This document shows positions 37,375-51,302 of a stretch of DNA of 64,000 nt, in pieces. The notes under the pieces were generated by a model. That model made no database searches and was not told the DNA's origin. It saw nothing but the letters and a program-made list of their open reading frames with translations. Source of the DNA: Daphnia carinata (Eukaryota); NCBI RefSeq assembly GCF_022539665.2, contig NC_081333.1, positions 7,502,001-7,566,000 on the forward strand, read 5' to 3'. Position 1 is the first letter of the stretch. Each line of letters begins with the position of its first letter. Made by a program: the position numbers and the translations under genes.

Positions 37375-40300
37375 GTTTTATGCGCAAACCAGAGAACATT
37401 GCGTTATCTATAAAGTGGGTCAAAATTACGTTCTGTATTTTTCTTTCTCAATTGAAAAGAATGGAAGGCAAAAGGGAGAAAAAAAAAGAAACGCAACAGG
37501 GTGAAAAAGAATGAGGCCAGCGTGAATCCATAAGAAACTGGCAACGCTTGACTCCACATCCAATCGCAGTCACAACAACTGGCCTTTCCTCTCCCACTCT
37601 TATTTTTCACTATATAGTTATGTAGTTTGTTTCCATCGCGTTCTGACAGCAAGAAAAAAAAATCAGATTCATTCCTTTTTTTTTCTATTGGCCCGTCTGG
37701 CTTGTTATTACGTACGGTTCAACAGCAACATCGTATTTCAATGTCAACGACGGATGTGTCCATCTTGGATGTGCGCGCATATAACAACGCATCCGGCGGA
37801 CCCTCCCGAGCCGGCCATTCTTTTATGCCTCTGTCTCCTCTCTCTTGTTGGCAATATAAGAAAAGGGCAAGAAAAAAAAACGAACTGCTGTTGCTGCTGG
37901 ACTTGCCAACAGAGTTTTCTTCTGTGTACTGGTTGATGCGTGCTAACAAGAGATAGCAAAGCCCCGGGAGTCCAGCCAGTCCTTTTCATTTGTGTGTCTA
38001 TATTTTATGACCCTTTACACGTAAGGATTCTATAGACATATATACGCACTAGCGCCATAAGGAAAGGGATAGATACTATATACATATAGAAACGGAAAGG
38101 CACAATTCAATGGTATGTAATAAAGCGGTGTGTGGGTTTTTTCCTTTTTTTTTTGCGACTTGAGCGGAATTCAAATTAAAATGCAAATCGAGTGACAGAA
38201 GAAAAAAAAAGGCTTAAGAATAAACATTATTTTCTGTTATTTCCCTTTTTTTTTGGGGGGGGGGTGAAACATTCATGAGATATGCGAATAATATGAAACT
38301 TGCTCGCTGTATAAATAACAGCCGGAAATTACGTTTCTCTTGCTGTCTTTCCCTTTTTTCGTTCGCCTCTTCCGAAATGCTCAAATCAACAAAAATGCAA
38401 ACGAAAACAAAACAAATGTCTCGTTTCATATTTAAATTTTTTTTGCCATTTTTTTTTTCCTTTGAAGGAAAGATAGCGCACAGACGTGCAAAGCAGACAC
38501 TTGTTCCATACGCCCCTTTCTTTCGATAAAATGAATGCAGAAATAAACGTTGTAAACATGACAGGCATTCGTTCGAAATGCATACCTACCGCCAATAAGG
38601 GAAATGGTTGGCGATTGGCGAAAAAAAAAAAAGAATAAATTTTCTTTAAAGTATCTGGAAATAACAATCGACCGGTTTGCGAGAGACTTGTGTTGCAGTC
38701 ACAGTTGGCTCACGCAACTGTTTTTCTCTGTGTTTTTTTTTTTCTGGGCCGTTTTCTTGGTCCGTGGCCAGCAAGCGCATCACTTTCGATCAGGAGGTTT
38801 GGTCGCATCGGGAGGGAAAAAAAAAAGAAAGTCCTCCTCCCATATGAATGGCTGTTGCAATACACATCGTTGCCAGCCTCCTACTCCGCTTTCTGGCAAC
38901 GAAAAGATATGGCGAAGAAGGCAAAAAAAAAAAAGCATTTTTTTTTTAGTCTTTCCATTCTTCTTCACCCATTCCAACATCAAAAAGAAAACCAAACGAA
39001 AGAAAGGCAAGTGCAATAATAATAATAAAAAAAAAGAAGAACGATAAATAGAGAGAGAGAGAGAGAGAAAAAAAAAATAGAGGGAGTAGAAAATACGGAA
39101 TGAAATGACAGTCATGACTTGGGTTAGGCAACATGGACGATTTCTTTATGACTATGCGGCCAGCCCTGGATATATGAATTTTTTCCCCGTCTGGAGAGAA
39201 TAGTCCACTTCCTTCCCTCCTTCAACTTCCCGCTTTTTTCCCCTTCTTCCTTCCGTCCTTTACCGAACGAAAAAAAAACACTCAAAGAGAAATAGAACTT
39301 GATTTGCATTGAATTTTCAAACGCAATGACGACGCACGTAAGTTGACTTTTCGCCTTCCTCTCTCCCTGCTGGACTGTTGCGATCTACGCGAGAGCCGTC
39401 GAAAAGAGTGTCTTCTTTTATCACCACACTCCCTCTGATGTATATAAAATATTTTAAGCCTGCGTGTGCTCCTTTTCTTTTGATTCGTCCACAACTTGGA
39501 ATAAAAAGTGAATTTCCTTTTTCCTTGTGAAACGCACGAGTCTTTTGTAGACGAACGGTCACAATCCCGTGGGGAAGGGTCAACAGCCGTCCACGATGCA
39601 TAGAGTCGAAAGAGAAAATCAGCATCTCTCTCTCTCTCTCTCTCTCTCCCTTCTTTGCTGTGGCAAGTCACCCAACTTTTTTTTCCTTTTGGTCAACTTC
39701 ATTATTTATGCACTCTCCTTCGACGCGCTCATCTATTTCACTTCTAACCATCACGTCAGCAACAGAGGGCAATGTCCTCGCAAAACAACAAGCAAAGGAA
39801 GAGCAGTTAGACCCTAGACGCTAAACCTCTTTGGCAACAGTATATACGGATGAGATATGTTATCCATCTAAGGCATCTGTCTCTTTCGTGTGTGTTTCTT
39901 ACATACCCCCACCAAGCCTACGTCGTGGGAGATCCTTCGCAACACGGGGGGGGGGGGGGAATGTAGATGGTGGCCGACATTAAACATCTCACAGTGAAGT
40001 GAGTCGCCATACAAAGACAATATTCATAAAACAGTACGGGACAAGAACGTCGGAGAGCCTTATTTTGAAAACTGGCAAAGAAAGGGATCTCGTGTTGTAA
40101 ACATCGGATGGAAATCGCCTCTGATCGGCTGGCTATTCGATGAATGTGCTTCTCTACTCGTGTGTGTTGTTTGTTTTTTTTTCTCGCTCCCTTCTGTACC
40201 TCACCCGCAATATCAGATGGAATAACCCGCAAGGTTCTTTGAGATTGAAAGGTCTCTCATGCATGTACCTCATCGGGATTATGGCAGTGAGTCCGAGCTG

Positions 40301-43300
40301 TGCATAAAAGACCCTCATAGTAATAAAGCTCCCTATATCGTGTTAAAATGATTGATATACGACTGCACACGCGAAGAAAAGGAGATGAGTACATCCGCTT
40401 TAACTGCATATCGATGAATGTACTGTCAGCGGTTTCTTTGATAGCTTAATTACACAAACCCGTGTCTACCTTCAGAGCAGTATAGGATTTGGTAGTGACT
40501 ATATGGAAAGACACAGCAAGGGACCGGAAGGTTTCAATTCACTTAGACTGGCTGTTTGTCGGTGCTTCGTTAAGGTCAGAACGAAATGTTGTGTGTATGT
40601 CGTCGAGGTGTTTCTTTTTTTTCTTATTGATTCAGCACTTGGTAAAAAACCGTGTTGCTTGACATGTTGCCATGACACTACACCGAGGAATGCAACATGC
40701 GTGCGAGGGGGTGGAAAGTATTTCGTTTTTATTCGATTCGTTTCACTTCACATCGATGTTAGTTAACAAAGAATATACGATACGAGCATTTAATATTTGA
40801 ACGTGATCGATGTCAATTGAAAAAGATGAATAGCGTTGCTATGGTTACCCTCAAGTGATGCGCTAACCAAAGAAACTGTTGGCTCCCAGCTTCACGTCCA
40901 ACCACCTGCTACAATAACTATGGAGCTCGACAGGTATATCGTTAAATTAAGCTTCAGATAGAAGAAGACACTATTGGGGAAGAATTCTTTTACCAACTTG
41001 TTTGTTTATAGTTTCCTTTTTTTTTTTAATCGATTAAAACAACTCGGTGCCGAGCGTGGGCTACAGGAACATCTACCAGCACATTTCCGTTATTCAGTCA
41101 ACGGAAAGAATTGTTTATTGATAACAAATAAACTTGAAACAACGTTATATGAACTGCTCTCTCTCTCTCTCTCTAGAAATTCTTTTGCGCACGTGTGCTA
41201 CTATAGGGAACGAAAATTGTTTGGCATTTCGCATAAATATATGAACGACGGATGTTCCGAAGGAATAACAGTCAACGCTTGGCTACTCCAGTCGCGGTGC
41301 GAGGCATCAGCAACCGAGTGAAAAATGCCACCCAATGTTGTTGGTTCGTCGGTTTTTTCTTTTTTCTATGAATACGACTCTTTTATATTTGATAGCAATA
41401 TATATAGAGGCACGTGTCTGTATACATAAGTAAACCGTATACGTTGAACACACACCCAAAGAACAGTATATCTCTAGTGCCCAGTCGTGCATTGCATGCA
41501 GCAACAGGCTTCCGCAACTGCTCACATATATACGTAGCTCTTCCACCATTTCTCGTCGATTCATTTTTCTTGTGTGTCTGTGTACCACCATCATCTTCAA
41601 GACTCTCACATAACAGCCAGAGAGAGAGAAAGAAGAATGTAAAAAGGAGAGCGCAGATATATGTGTGTGTGATGGGGATATACGCATAGGCACAGGTTAG
41701 AGTGTCTCGTTTATATAGATATGACGCGTGTGGGGTCTTTTCTATATATTGAAGACACTGGGTACTCCCCACTTGCCCATCTTTTTTTTTTTTATAAATG
41801 GAAGACATGGAAGAAGATGAGTGTAAAAATGGCGAAAAAAGAAAGAAATACAATGATGTATATACAAGCGAAAGAGGGCTAACAAAAAGGCAGAAAATGA
41901 TGAAAAGAGTCGGAAAGAAAAGAGAGCCATCCTATATATATATATGACGCTTGCTAGGCCCTGGACATAAATACAATATGAGGACGGTGCGTGTCTTGCC
42001 ATATCAAAAGCTTCCAGTAAAAAAAAAATGCATTTTTTCGACCTTTTGGCTGGCCAATAGGAGTTGAAGAATAGGGTCGATGGATGAGAATGAAAAGGGC
42101 CGAACAAGTGTTACGTTAGTCACCGAATGCCATGGTATCAGAATGCCTGACCAGTGGCATAAGACGTGCTGGATAGGGTATCGCTCAGCTTCATTCTTGT
42201 TTTCTGCGTCCCTTTGCTGCCGCTTATTACACCCTAGTGGCCACCCACATGCACCATAAAAATAGACGTAAATATTATACGGACACAGTCTCGTCTGTAG
42301 TGTTATAGGCACAGCAAACTCTTGATACATATCGCTCGACTTTCTCTCTCTAGAAATATCATTCGCCTGCTCTTATTTATATGTGTGGTTCGCAATGTGG
42401 CGCACACGCACACACACGGAGATGTACTTTCGTTCACCAGACATATATACGAGAACCAATTAAACTGTACAACTCTGTTCCCTCCCCCTTCCTTTTTTTT
42501 TTATTCTCGGCTCTGTGTTTGTTTCCCCTCTTTGCTTATGGGTCGTATAAAAGGCAAACCTACAGATTAGCTGGACGGGCTGTTGCTGCGCCTTTTAATG
42601 TTCTCGCCTTTCTTCTTTTATTCTTATGTACGCAATTTTGGTCAAGATATTATTGCTCTGCTTGCATACACATCACTTGTCATTCTTCACCAAGCACTGG
42701 CTGTATGTGAACATATGGTCCAAACTCTTTTTGGAGTCATGTCTTATTTTATGCTAGTCCGGCTCTTTTTGAAATGAGCCTGCAGCCTGTCACGATATCA
42801 ATCAGTAAGTCCCACAAGAGGCATTCGGTTGATGCCAGATGAAGTCTGCAACGGTCTGTTGTACTTCTTTCGCTAGATGGGCGTGTATATGTAAGAGTAA
42901 CTGTTAATACAAAGGACAGGCAATGAGAAGAAATGGACACCCGAAATTAAAGACAACAAAATGCGAGCATGGAAGAATCCGATTTGGCGTTGCTGACGGC
43001 CCACACGATAAATGAGATGTAGTTTAATATGAGAATGAGGACTGAAGTTATTCTTTTTAAAACTAGGTTATTCTCTTCGTGTTTGTGTAGGATTTGATAC
43101 GCTACTAAATTGGTTCCCATCTGTAGAGTACTGCTAATAAATCGCTATCTTTTGATCAATTTGTTTACGGTGACAAACAGCCAGTTAGCCTTTCTGATCA
43201 ATAGATTTGTAATCATTTCTATAGTCTAGACTCTGTGTTCTTAACTAGACGTTGATTTACATGCCCCTCTTCTTCTCTCCATTGACGTCTTCTAATCTGT

Positions 43301-46300
43301 CGAGATCTATTTCGGAATAGAGGCATACAAAACGTCCAGGAATTCGGCAAGCGGAAAATCATGGAGAAAACTAACTGTGCAACTGAAAGCGAGTGGACTA
43401 AACTGGTCCAGTAAGCAGAGAAAGAAAAAAGTAGATGGCTTTCCGTTATGTTGTGCTGTACTCTAAAAAGAATGAAAGCTTGCGAAGAAAAAGTTTTGAT
43501 TGAGAATGACTTTGGACAAAAGAGCTAGACGATGTTATCCCTCGACTTCTTTCTCCTCGCCGGAGATAACAAGACATAAAAGTCTCTTTTACTCTCCGTT
43601 TTATTCAGTTGTGTCCCTATTGCCCGTTCACACACACAAGTGCATATACATAGGCGGACTAAGTCTCGTAGCTGCATATACACAGCTCATCCATTTCGTT
43701 TGCCGTAAGAGGAGGAGCAAGAAAAAAAAGACAACATCTGTGGAGTACTTTGCTCAGCACAATCAATCGATTCCAAAGTTCTGTAGGCCTTCTTTTCCTC
43801 GTTCACTCCCCCCCCCCCTTTTTTTTTTATTTCTCCTTGCAAACTGATTTCATCAAGTCAGTTTTCTATCAACGTTACGTACAAAACCCGGAGCCTACCA
43901 TCCGCAACGGATGAGGCGATCTAGACCTTCTGCGAAAGAAATGAGGCGATTGGAAGGCGATTGAATTAGCGTCGCATTACAAGTAACTCACATTAATTTT
44001 TTTTTTCTTCGTTTTACGGATGCGTTATTTAAGTACACACGTGTGTTGATCGCTAGGGTAAACGACTGCTGCACAGCCACGCTGTGCGTGTTTGTACGTT
44101 CATCCACACCCATGTAAATAGATCAACCCGCGTGTGTGGTGTGTGCAGAGATCCAAAAAACGTTCGACATCTGATGTATAGGTGGTTGGCGGTTGGGCTA
44201 TCGATCTCTTTTCGCAACCCCTCCTCGTTCTTCGTTTAATATCTCCGCGCTATTTATTCCTTCAAATATTGAATCAACAGATTCGTGAGGAAATGAGAAA
44301 AACCTCCCTCCACTCTGTATAACGTTTTGGCTGGCTGCGCTGCGTGTCTGAATCGCAGCCATCAGCAAACTAGATCTATCTATGCTTTCTCTGTGTGTGT
44401 AGTATCTAGTGGGATGGAATGGAAAAAAATAAATTTCAGAACGAGAACAATGAGCCTATATATCTGTCTGGAAAAAAAGGGGCGAAAAATCAATTTCATT
44501 TACAAAATCTTCATATGGATGCAAATAATCTCAACCCACCTTCCGTTGCCTCCCCACAAGAGAGAATCCGTTCTCCCCCTTTCGAAGCTAAAGAAGTATA
44601 GAACGCAGTTTTTTAAATTACAACATGAAGGACGACAGAAAAAGAAAAAAGGGAGTTGAAAAACAGGAAATGGGATTGAACGCTAAAACGAAAATGAATC
44701 GCTCCCGGCCGCCGTTATTTCCATCATCCCCACTTCTTCACGATCCTTACATAAATCGGATCACCATCCTCGCCTCTATATGATCTGTGCGTTTTATAGA
44801 TATTCACATTTTCTTTTTCCTTTCTTAAATTCTTAAATAAAAACAAAATGAAAAAACCAAGCAAAAGAAAGCTGGAAAACGATGTGTCATGTAAAGATAA
44901 TGCTCTTAAACAAGTGATGCGCTAGGCGGAAAGTTTTGGTTCATGAGAACTGCGGCAACTGTTCCCCGGCTGAAGAGTACCCGCTCGTGATATAATATCA
45001 CGGCCACTGATGTTGAACGCATTCCATCATCAGCGTCTTGTCTACTTTCCTTGTCGCCCCAAAGTCTTTGACCGTGGGGGATTGCTACCTCGAAGCGGAC
45101 ATCAAGTCTCTCTTCGCGCAGTCCCCGCCAAGTATACATACGCGAACAAAAATGCGCACCAGTAGACGCGAATAGAACAGGACGTTCGCTAATTTTCACA
45201 AGAAAACTATGGCCGCTGTGTAATATAGTGCATCCATTCGAAAATGCACGTACCGAGTTTTAAGTCGTCCGACGCTTTTCAATCTAGAAACGCAGCAGGT
45301 TTTTCACTTGTTTGAATGGCCGTGTTGGGCACTGAAGTGTAACGAGACTAACTATTACTCCATCTTTTCTTAGTTTTTCTGCTTTTCTCCTTGTCCGCGC
45401 TGACGGGCACACGTTTAAGTACACGGCTATCAACCAGACAGCTGCTGCTCGTGTTAGATTGAGGCAATACGTTCGGTCATGTTATATAGACGGACGTGCC
45501 AACGTCTGTCTCTAAAGCGTCTCGGCTGTCCAGTGCACACACACATACTCAGAAAAAAAAAAGAATAGAGTACAAGTTACAATACCCTCGGGTCTGTTCG
45601 GACTTTGAGAAGGGAAGATCTTTGCTCAAGCGCTAGGATCCGCTTTCTCCCGTTTTTCGATAAATCCTTCTCGCCCCTTTCTCCTGCGCTCTCCTTATGG
45701 GGCGCTCCTTTCTTTAGTAGGGACTCTTATACTATACAAGTATGGTACATACTAGATATAGTGTCACCGTGTTCAAATGGGTCTCCCTCTCTGACAGTAA
45801 AGAGCAAGTGGAGGGTGTCTGTTCTATTCAACAGCGAACCCACCCTCGCCCATCTCTTTGGAACATAACAAGTTGTCGGGAGGAATAGAACCAGATCGAA
45901 GAGGAGCAACAGATGGGGTCTATAGCCTAGCCGACCAATAGTATGTGCAGGGCAGCAGCGCGGCCCAAAATAGGCAACATGTCGTGTAAATATACGGAAC
46001 GTGAATCAAGAGCAGGGGAGGGGGATACTACCGGATGGGCTGCCACTATTTTCACTTCTCATCTGTGACCTGATCTCGTGCCGTCTGTCTCTCTTTTCCA
46101 GTTGTCTACTCCTCCCTCATCTAAATTTTCTCCCTCATCTCAACAGACTTTGTGTATAATCCACCCTGTAGACCCCCCCCCCCCTCCGGCTCGGACATGG
46201 ACCACCACAATTTCCATCTATTTAGCTATACAACATGGCCATTTTTGAATCGAAGAGCAACATACTTTATTCACAATAAATTTGTTGGTCTCCCTTTCTT

Positions 46301-49300
46301 GTTTTATTATTCGCTTCGGTGTTAGTACATAATGGCACCCAACACGACAGCCCCCCCCCCCTACCAATCTACAATGCTGTAATTCAATCAGGTTCATTTG
46401 GGGCTCTTTTTTTTTTTCAAAAAAAAAAAAAACTAAATAGATTAAGAGAAAACGTGAAATGGTTTTATCGTCCGAGGAAACGCGGCTTGTGCTGAAGAGC
46501 AAGGACGAACTGCTGGAGTATTATAGGGTCTAGTTAAGTCGTCGTCCGTAACGACGCAGATGTATGGTAATCCTCTGACAAAGCTTACCGCACATCACAC
46601 ACACACACAGAGGGGGCGTGAGGAATTGGATAAATATAAAAGCCTGAGCGGCCGCATTTATATAACTGCTGTGTTGCTTTTCGTATAATAGCACCAGCAG
46701 TGAACGGTTTTTCTTGGAAATTTCCATTCTTACTGCACAGCTTTGATTTATCCCGCATAAGCACATACACGTATGTATTGCATGCATTTATATAGCTAAA
46801 CGTATTTAGTCTATTTAGAGGCCTACTCACGCTTGAAGTGATGGATTTATTCTTGACTTTGTGTGTTGCACTTTTACTTTTAAATACTTGCGCGTATAGT
46901 TGTTGGGTGTATTACTATAGGCCGTGATTCGTGTGGGTTGGATGGAGCTTCCGGGCTTCCAGCAAGGCGTGTCACGCACCCTTTTTGAATAGTATATATT
47001 TTGTCTGTTATTTGCCGTTGCCGCAACAACAAAACAAACCAACTAAAAAAAAAGCATTCGAGCTCGAGTGGAAGTTAGTGAGCCGTCCTACTCGCGCTTC
47101 TTGCGCTAATCATGATCATTTCTCTCTTCTTTCAATTTTCTTCTTCTTTTTTTTTTTTCTTTCTTTAAAAAAAAAAGATGCTTTTTCTTTCATTTTCTGC
47201 ATGGGAAAGGAGAGCGTAGAATTTTTCTTGTGCTCGCTTCCCCATTTTCCCAGCTTTTGCCATATACATCCATTGGCCTATATAGTTTTGCTTCCGGCTG
47301 CGAGGACATCCACAACTCTCCCCCATCCCCTCCTGTTTTTTTTTTCTCCATCTGCTGTTGCGCCGCATTAGACACAGAGAAGTGCTCCCGAACGCCAAAA
47401 GCGCAGCCGAGCTCTTGCGGCATTTTAGCGCTGGATTTGTATCATTCCGACCCGCGACCCGCCAGCTAGTTTTTCATCAAGTCAGCTTGATAAGACATCA
47501 TATCCCCCGCAAGCCAGTTCGTTCCCTCTCTCTACTATTCTAGTTTCGTCTTCTTTTTTTTTTTCTCTCTCTCTCTCTCTTTTTTTTTTTGTTGTTGCTG
47601 TCGCCTTCTCTTTCTATATATTTCGCCCATTAGCCCGCGTCACGTTATTTTGTTTAAAGCTCCTTTTCTCTATTTTTTTTTTTACACGCTTTTTAGATTA
47701 GACAACAATTTCCCGTCAGAATGGAGGAATTTATCTGACACAAAGCGCATCATATAACCATTGTATTTTCTGTTTTGCTTCTTTTTTTTTTTTTTTAAAG
47801 GAAAATCTTGTTTTCTTTTTTAGGGTAGACAATCTCCGTAAGCTTATGTTTACACTGCCTGTTGAAGCGACTAGACTGTTGACGCGTGGTTATCACGTTA
47901 TTACTCCCGTTCATGTGCGTTTTTCTCGTATCGTTTGAACATCTTTTGTTAGAAGAAAGTAATAATCAGAGAGACAGAGATAATTTGAGCATTATGTATA
48001 ATAATAGTACTTCAAACTGACAATGTTTTCATATGTACACAGCACGACAAAATGAATTGGGATTCTTCGATTTTCTTCGATTTATTTTGAAAAGTGTCTT
48101 TCTTGGAATGAACAGTACGATCGATGTGGAATGTGCGATGTTTCCGTGACTCAAACAAATCCGCATACAAAAACAAGAATCGAAAATAATGAACGAAGAA
48201 AAACAAATGCGATCCTGTGGGGAGGGTGTTGTATGAATCGGCGGGTTACGCAAAGTCGTGATGACGTGGAACCAAAACAAGTCAGAATAATAGGCCAACA
48301 AAAGTCGGGCAGAGGATGAAAGATTGCAGGCGGCAGAGTTATACGCACATAATTCCATGAAATCAAAAGTAAAAAGGGCGTTCGATGAAACAGCATGAAA
48401 TGGGAGACAATGTCACACGAGGGTTAAAGAGTTCAAAATATTCTAAAAGACGACTCGTTCAAGTGATTAGAGAAAAGGTCGGCATAGGCCTTTTAAGAAA
48501 CGCTTCCGCATAGCTCTGGCCAAACAGAGAACCAAAAATAAAAAGCAAAAAGGTTTTGCTAGGCCATTGATATTGGGGCGTTCAGCAGACACTACGCCAT
48601 GCATATGAACCAAAAGTGTGGTTTTGACCATATTCGATAGGTCTTTTTAGTTTATTCGTTTTCTTTTTTTGCATTCAGAGTATATCGCAATTTTAGGTAT
48701 TTGCACACAATTATTTTTATTTCGTTCAAGTGTTTATCGTTTCTAAAAAAAAGGGGTATTCCCATCATCAGGCCAGCACATTTGTTTCATTACATTTTTC
48801 TTTTCTTTCTAATCTTGTTTTTTTTGGGGGGGTGGCTGGCCCATTCCGGTTGAATCCCTACACTACCAAAGTATTATTGCTGTTCGAATGGCTCCCGGCG
48901 ACTGTATTATAGATTTCAGCTTGTAACCGAATTAAAGTATAACATTGAAAGAAAAAAGAAAGGAGCTGAAATCCATTGCGCCAAATGAAGAGCGAATTCA
49001 AAAGTCATAGACAACATATTTTCATCAACGGACAAACATGCGCAATTGAAATCGAATTGAAGAGGACAGCGAAAGTACAACAGTAATTTCATCACATGAT
49101 ACGAACTGCACACACGCACGATTTTTCAATAAATGTGTGGCTCTGACAGTTGGTGAGGGGTTTACGAGAAACGTACCCACGAGAGATCGGTTTTGAAAGC
49201 TGAATTGTTTTTGTTTTTAATTGGAAGGGGAGGGAAAGACGTGACAAGCGATTCCAGCAACAGGAGATAATTTCATTACGAATGAAGCACAAAAGAGAGA

Positions 49301-49929
49301 TCAAACTGGATCACCATTAGAGGAGGTATTGCATGCAGATCGATTCAAATGAGACACGAGATGATGAGACTCGTCCGCTAGACGCGTCACAGACAGGACG
49401 CGTCGTAAACATTTAAGAAGGACAGAAAGACATAAAAGAATATAGCTGCCAGCATGTATCTTTGGTACGACTAGCTTTCCATTACACCAATGGTTTTCAT
49501 TATTGCCATTGAATGGAGTAGGAAGAACAAGACACAAGAAGAACAAAAATGGGGGGGGGGGATAGGAGGGAAGGGCATAGAGGACAAGTATAATTATTGA
49601 CTGTCGACAAAATAAACAATGTGTGGGGAGAGTAAAATTATTGCGCGCTGTATGCACAAACTGGCAATCAACCAAACTCAATCCCTGCGGAGTTATAGAA
49701 CAACACAAGAAAGCGGGGACAAAACATGTCACTCGAAATCGAGTTCTCTGTTCTTTACTCGCGCATTCTGTTTGACGTAATACTTTAGGAGATGATGCGT
49801 GTTGGTTGCGCAGTCGGTTTTAAGTAGACAAAGAGCCGCAAAATAGGTAAATCTTATTTTCCCTGACTAGGAAGTACACTCACGCAACGGACACGCAAAA
49901 AAAGGCCGAAAACAAAATAGATAGTCTAA

Positions 49930-51302
49930 TATGTGTTATAAAGGTTTAATATATGGATACTTATCTCGACCCGCTATTTGCAAAAAAAAAAAAAAAGATT
50001 TCATTTAATATATCATGTTAATTATATTCGTTATTTTTATCATAGCGCATAAATAAATAATCATTTGGAGGGGAGGATTTCTGATTTGATTCGCATATGA
50101 ACGACATGTGAGCACGCTGCCCAGCTGACTGTTGTGTTTGTTACAAAACGCATTCTAGTATTAATTATTTAGTGAGGTTTGACTTGTCTCTTTTTCTAGG
50201 AAACAACTGACCAGAATTAAAATTGCTTGTTGGGGTTGCAAAATGAATTTTTAAATCTAACAAACGAGGGGACGACGAGCCCTGAACGGATGGAATAAGG
50301 TCTTGATCGTCTTCTTATTTGGTTTACACAGGTCTCTTTTGGTTAACTCTATGTCAATAGGATAACGGCACAATATTGATAAGTTATTATATATGCATCG
50401 AGGGGAATGTGGGGGCCTTTAGAAAATGGGAAATAGTGGACTAGGAGGACAGTTGTTACGCGAGAAGAAAAGAAAACATTTCGCGGTATAAAATAAACTC
50501 GAGTCCCGATGTTGAACGCATTTCAATTTTTCGACATTATTAAGTCTACGTGACGATCGTTCTTTTTTGTAGTAAACAATTTTCATCATTTTTTTTTAGC
50601 CTTTTTGGAACATCGAGACTAGGTTTTGTTCGTTGCTCGAGAAACGCTGCATCCTGTTTCTTTTTTTAATATGCAAAACGAAAAAAAAAGAGGAAAAAAA
50701 AACATGGCAGCCCTCCGAAAAAAAGGGAGAATCGATCATATCCACAACAGAAAAAAAGTGTGGGAGAGATAGAAAAGAAAGAGACGGAGCGAAGAAAAAA
50801 GGTGGAAGAAGGTGGAAGAAAGGAAGAGCAAGAAGAAGATTCCCGTTGGACAATTTCATCAACCCGATAAGCTAATAATGAATGAAAAGTGAGGACTAGC
50901 ATCACCATAATCGTCTTGCAATGAGATAATCGACTTAGGAGTGTATACAAGAGGAATGTTTCAGATGGATGTCGTTTTTCTCTTTCGACGGAAAGAAAAG
51001 AAAAATTGAAAAGAAGAAAAAGAACTTTCCCTATCGAGTGCACGAAAGGGAACAGAGATGTTTTGGTTGAAAATTCAGTGCTTATTACTAATTACCTTCT
51101 ATCTATATAATGTAGACGTTCTCTAGACAAGTCCCCCTTTGTCTTACTTTCAGGGTTAAACGTTTCAGAAAACTTTCTGTCTGCTACACCTATCTGTCTC
51201 GCTATATTTACATAGGGGAACTCAACACACACACCAAACGAGGATAGAGAGGCATAAAATAAGTTATTGCCAACGTATTAAAAATTAAACTAACGAGTAT
51301 TT
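49930..51302 (-). other. Probable 3' UTR of scratch (~1.3-1.4 kb)
   Basis: AU-rich sequence follows the stop codon, with a long U/CU-rich tract at ~50670-50840 in the transcript sense. I saw no AATAAA before the ATTAAA signals at 50009-50004 and 49950-49945. The 3' end is inferred, not proven. Confidence 0.45.
49945..50009 (-). terminator. Candidate polyadenylation signals (two ATTAAA)
   Basis: TTTAAT on the + strand at 50004-50009 and 49945-49950. Each is followed in the transcript direction by a U- or GU-rich tract (T15 at ~49996-49982; TTTTGTTTTC at ~49917-49908). Confidence 0.4.
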
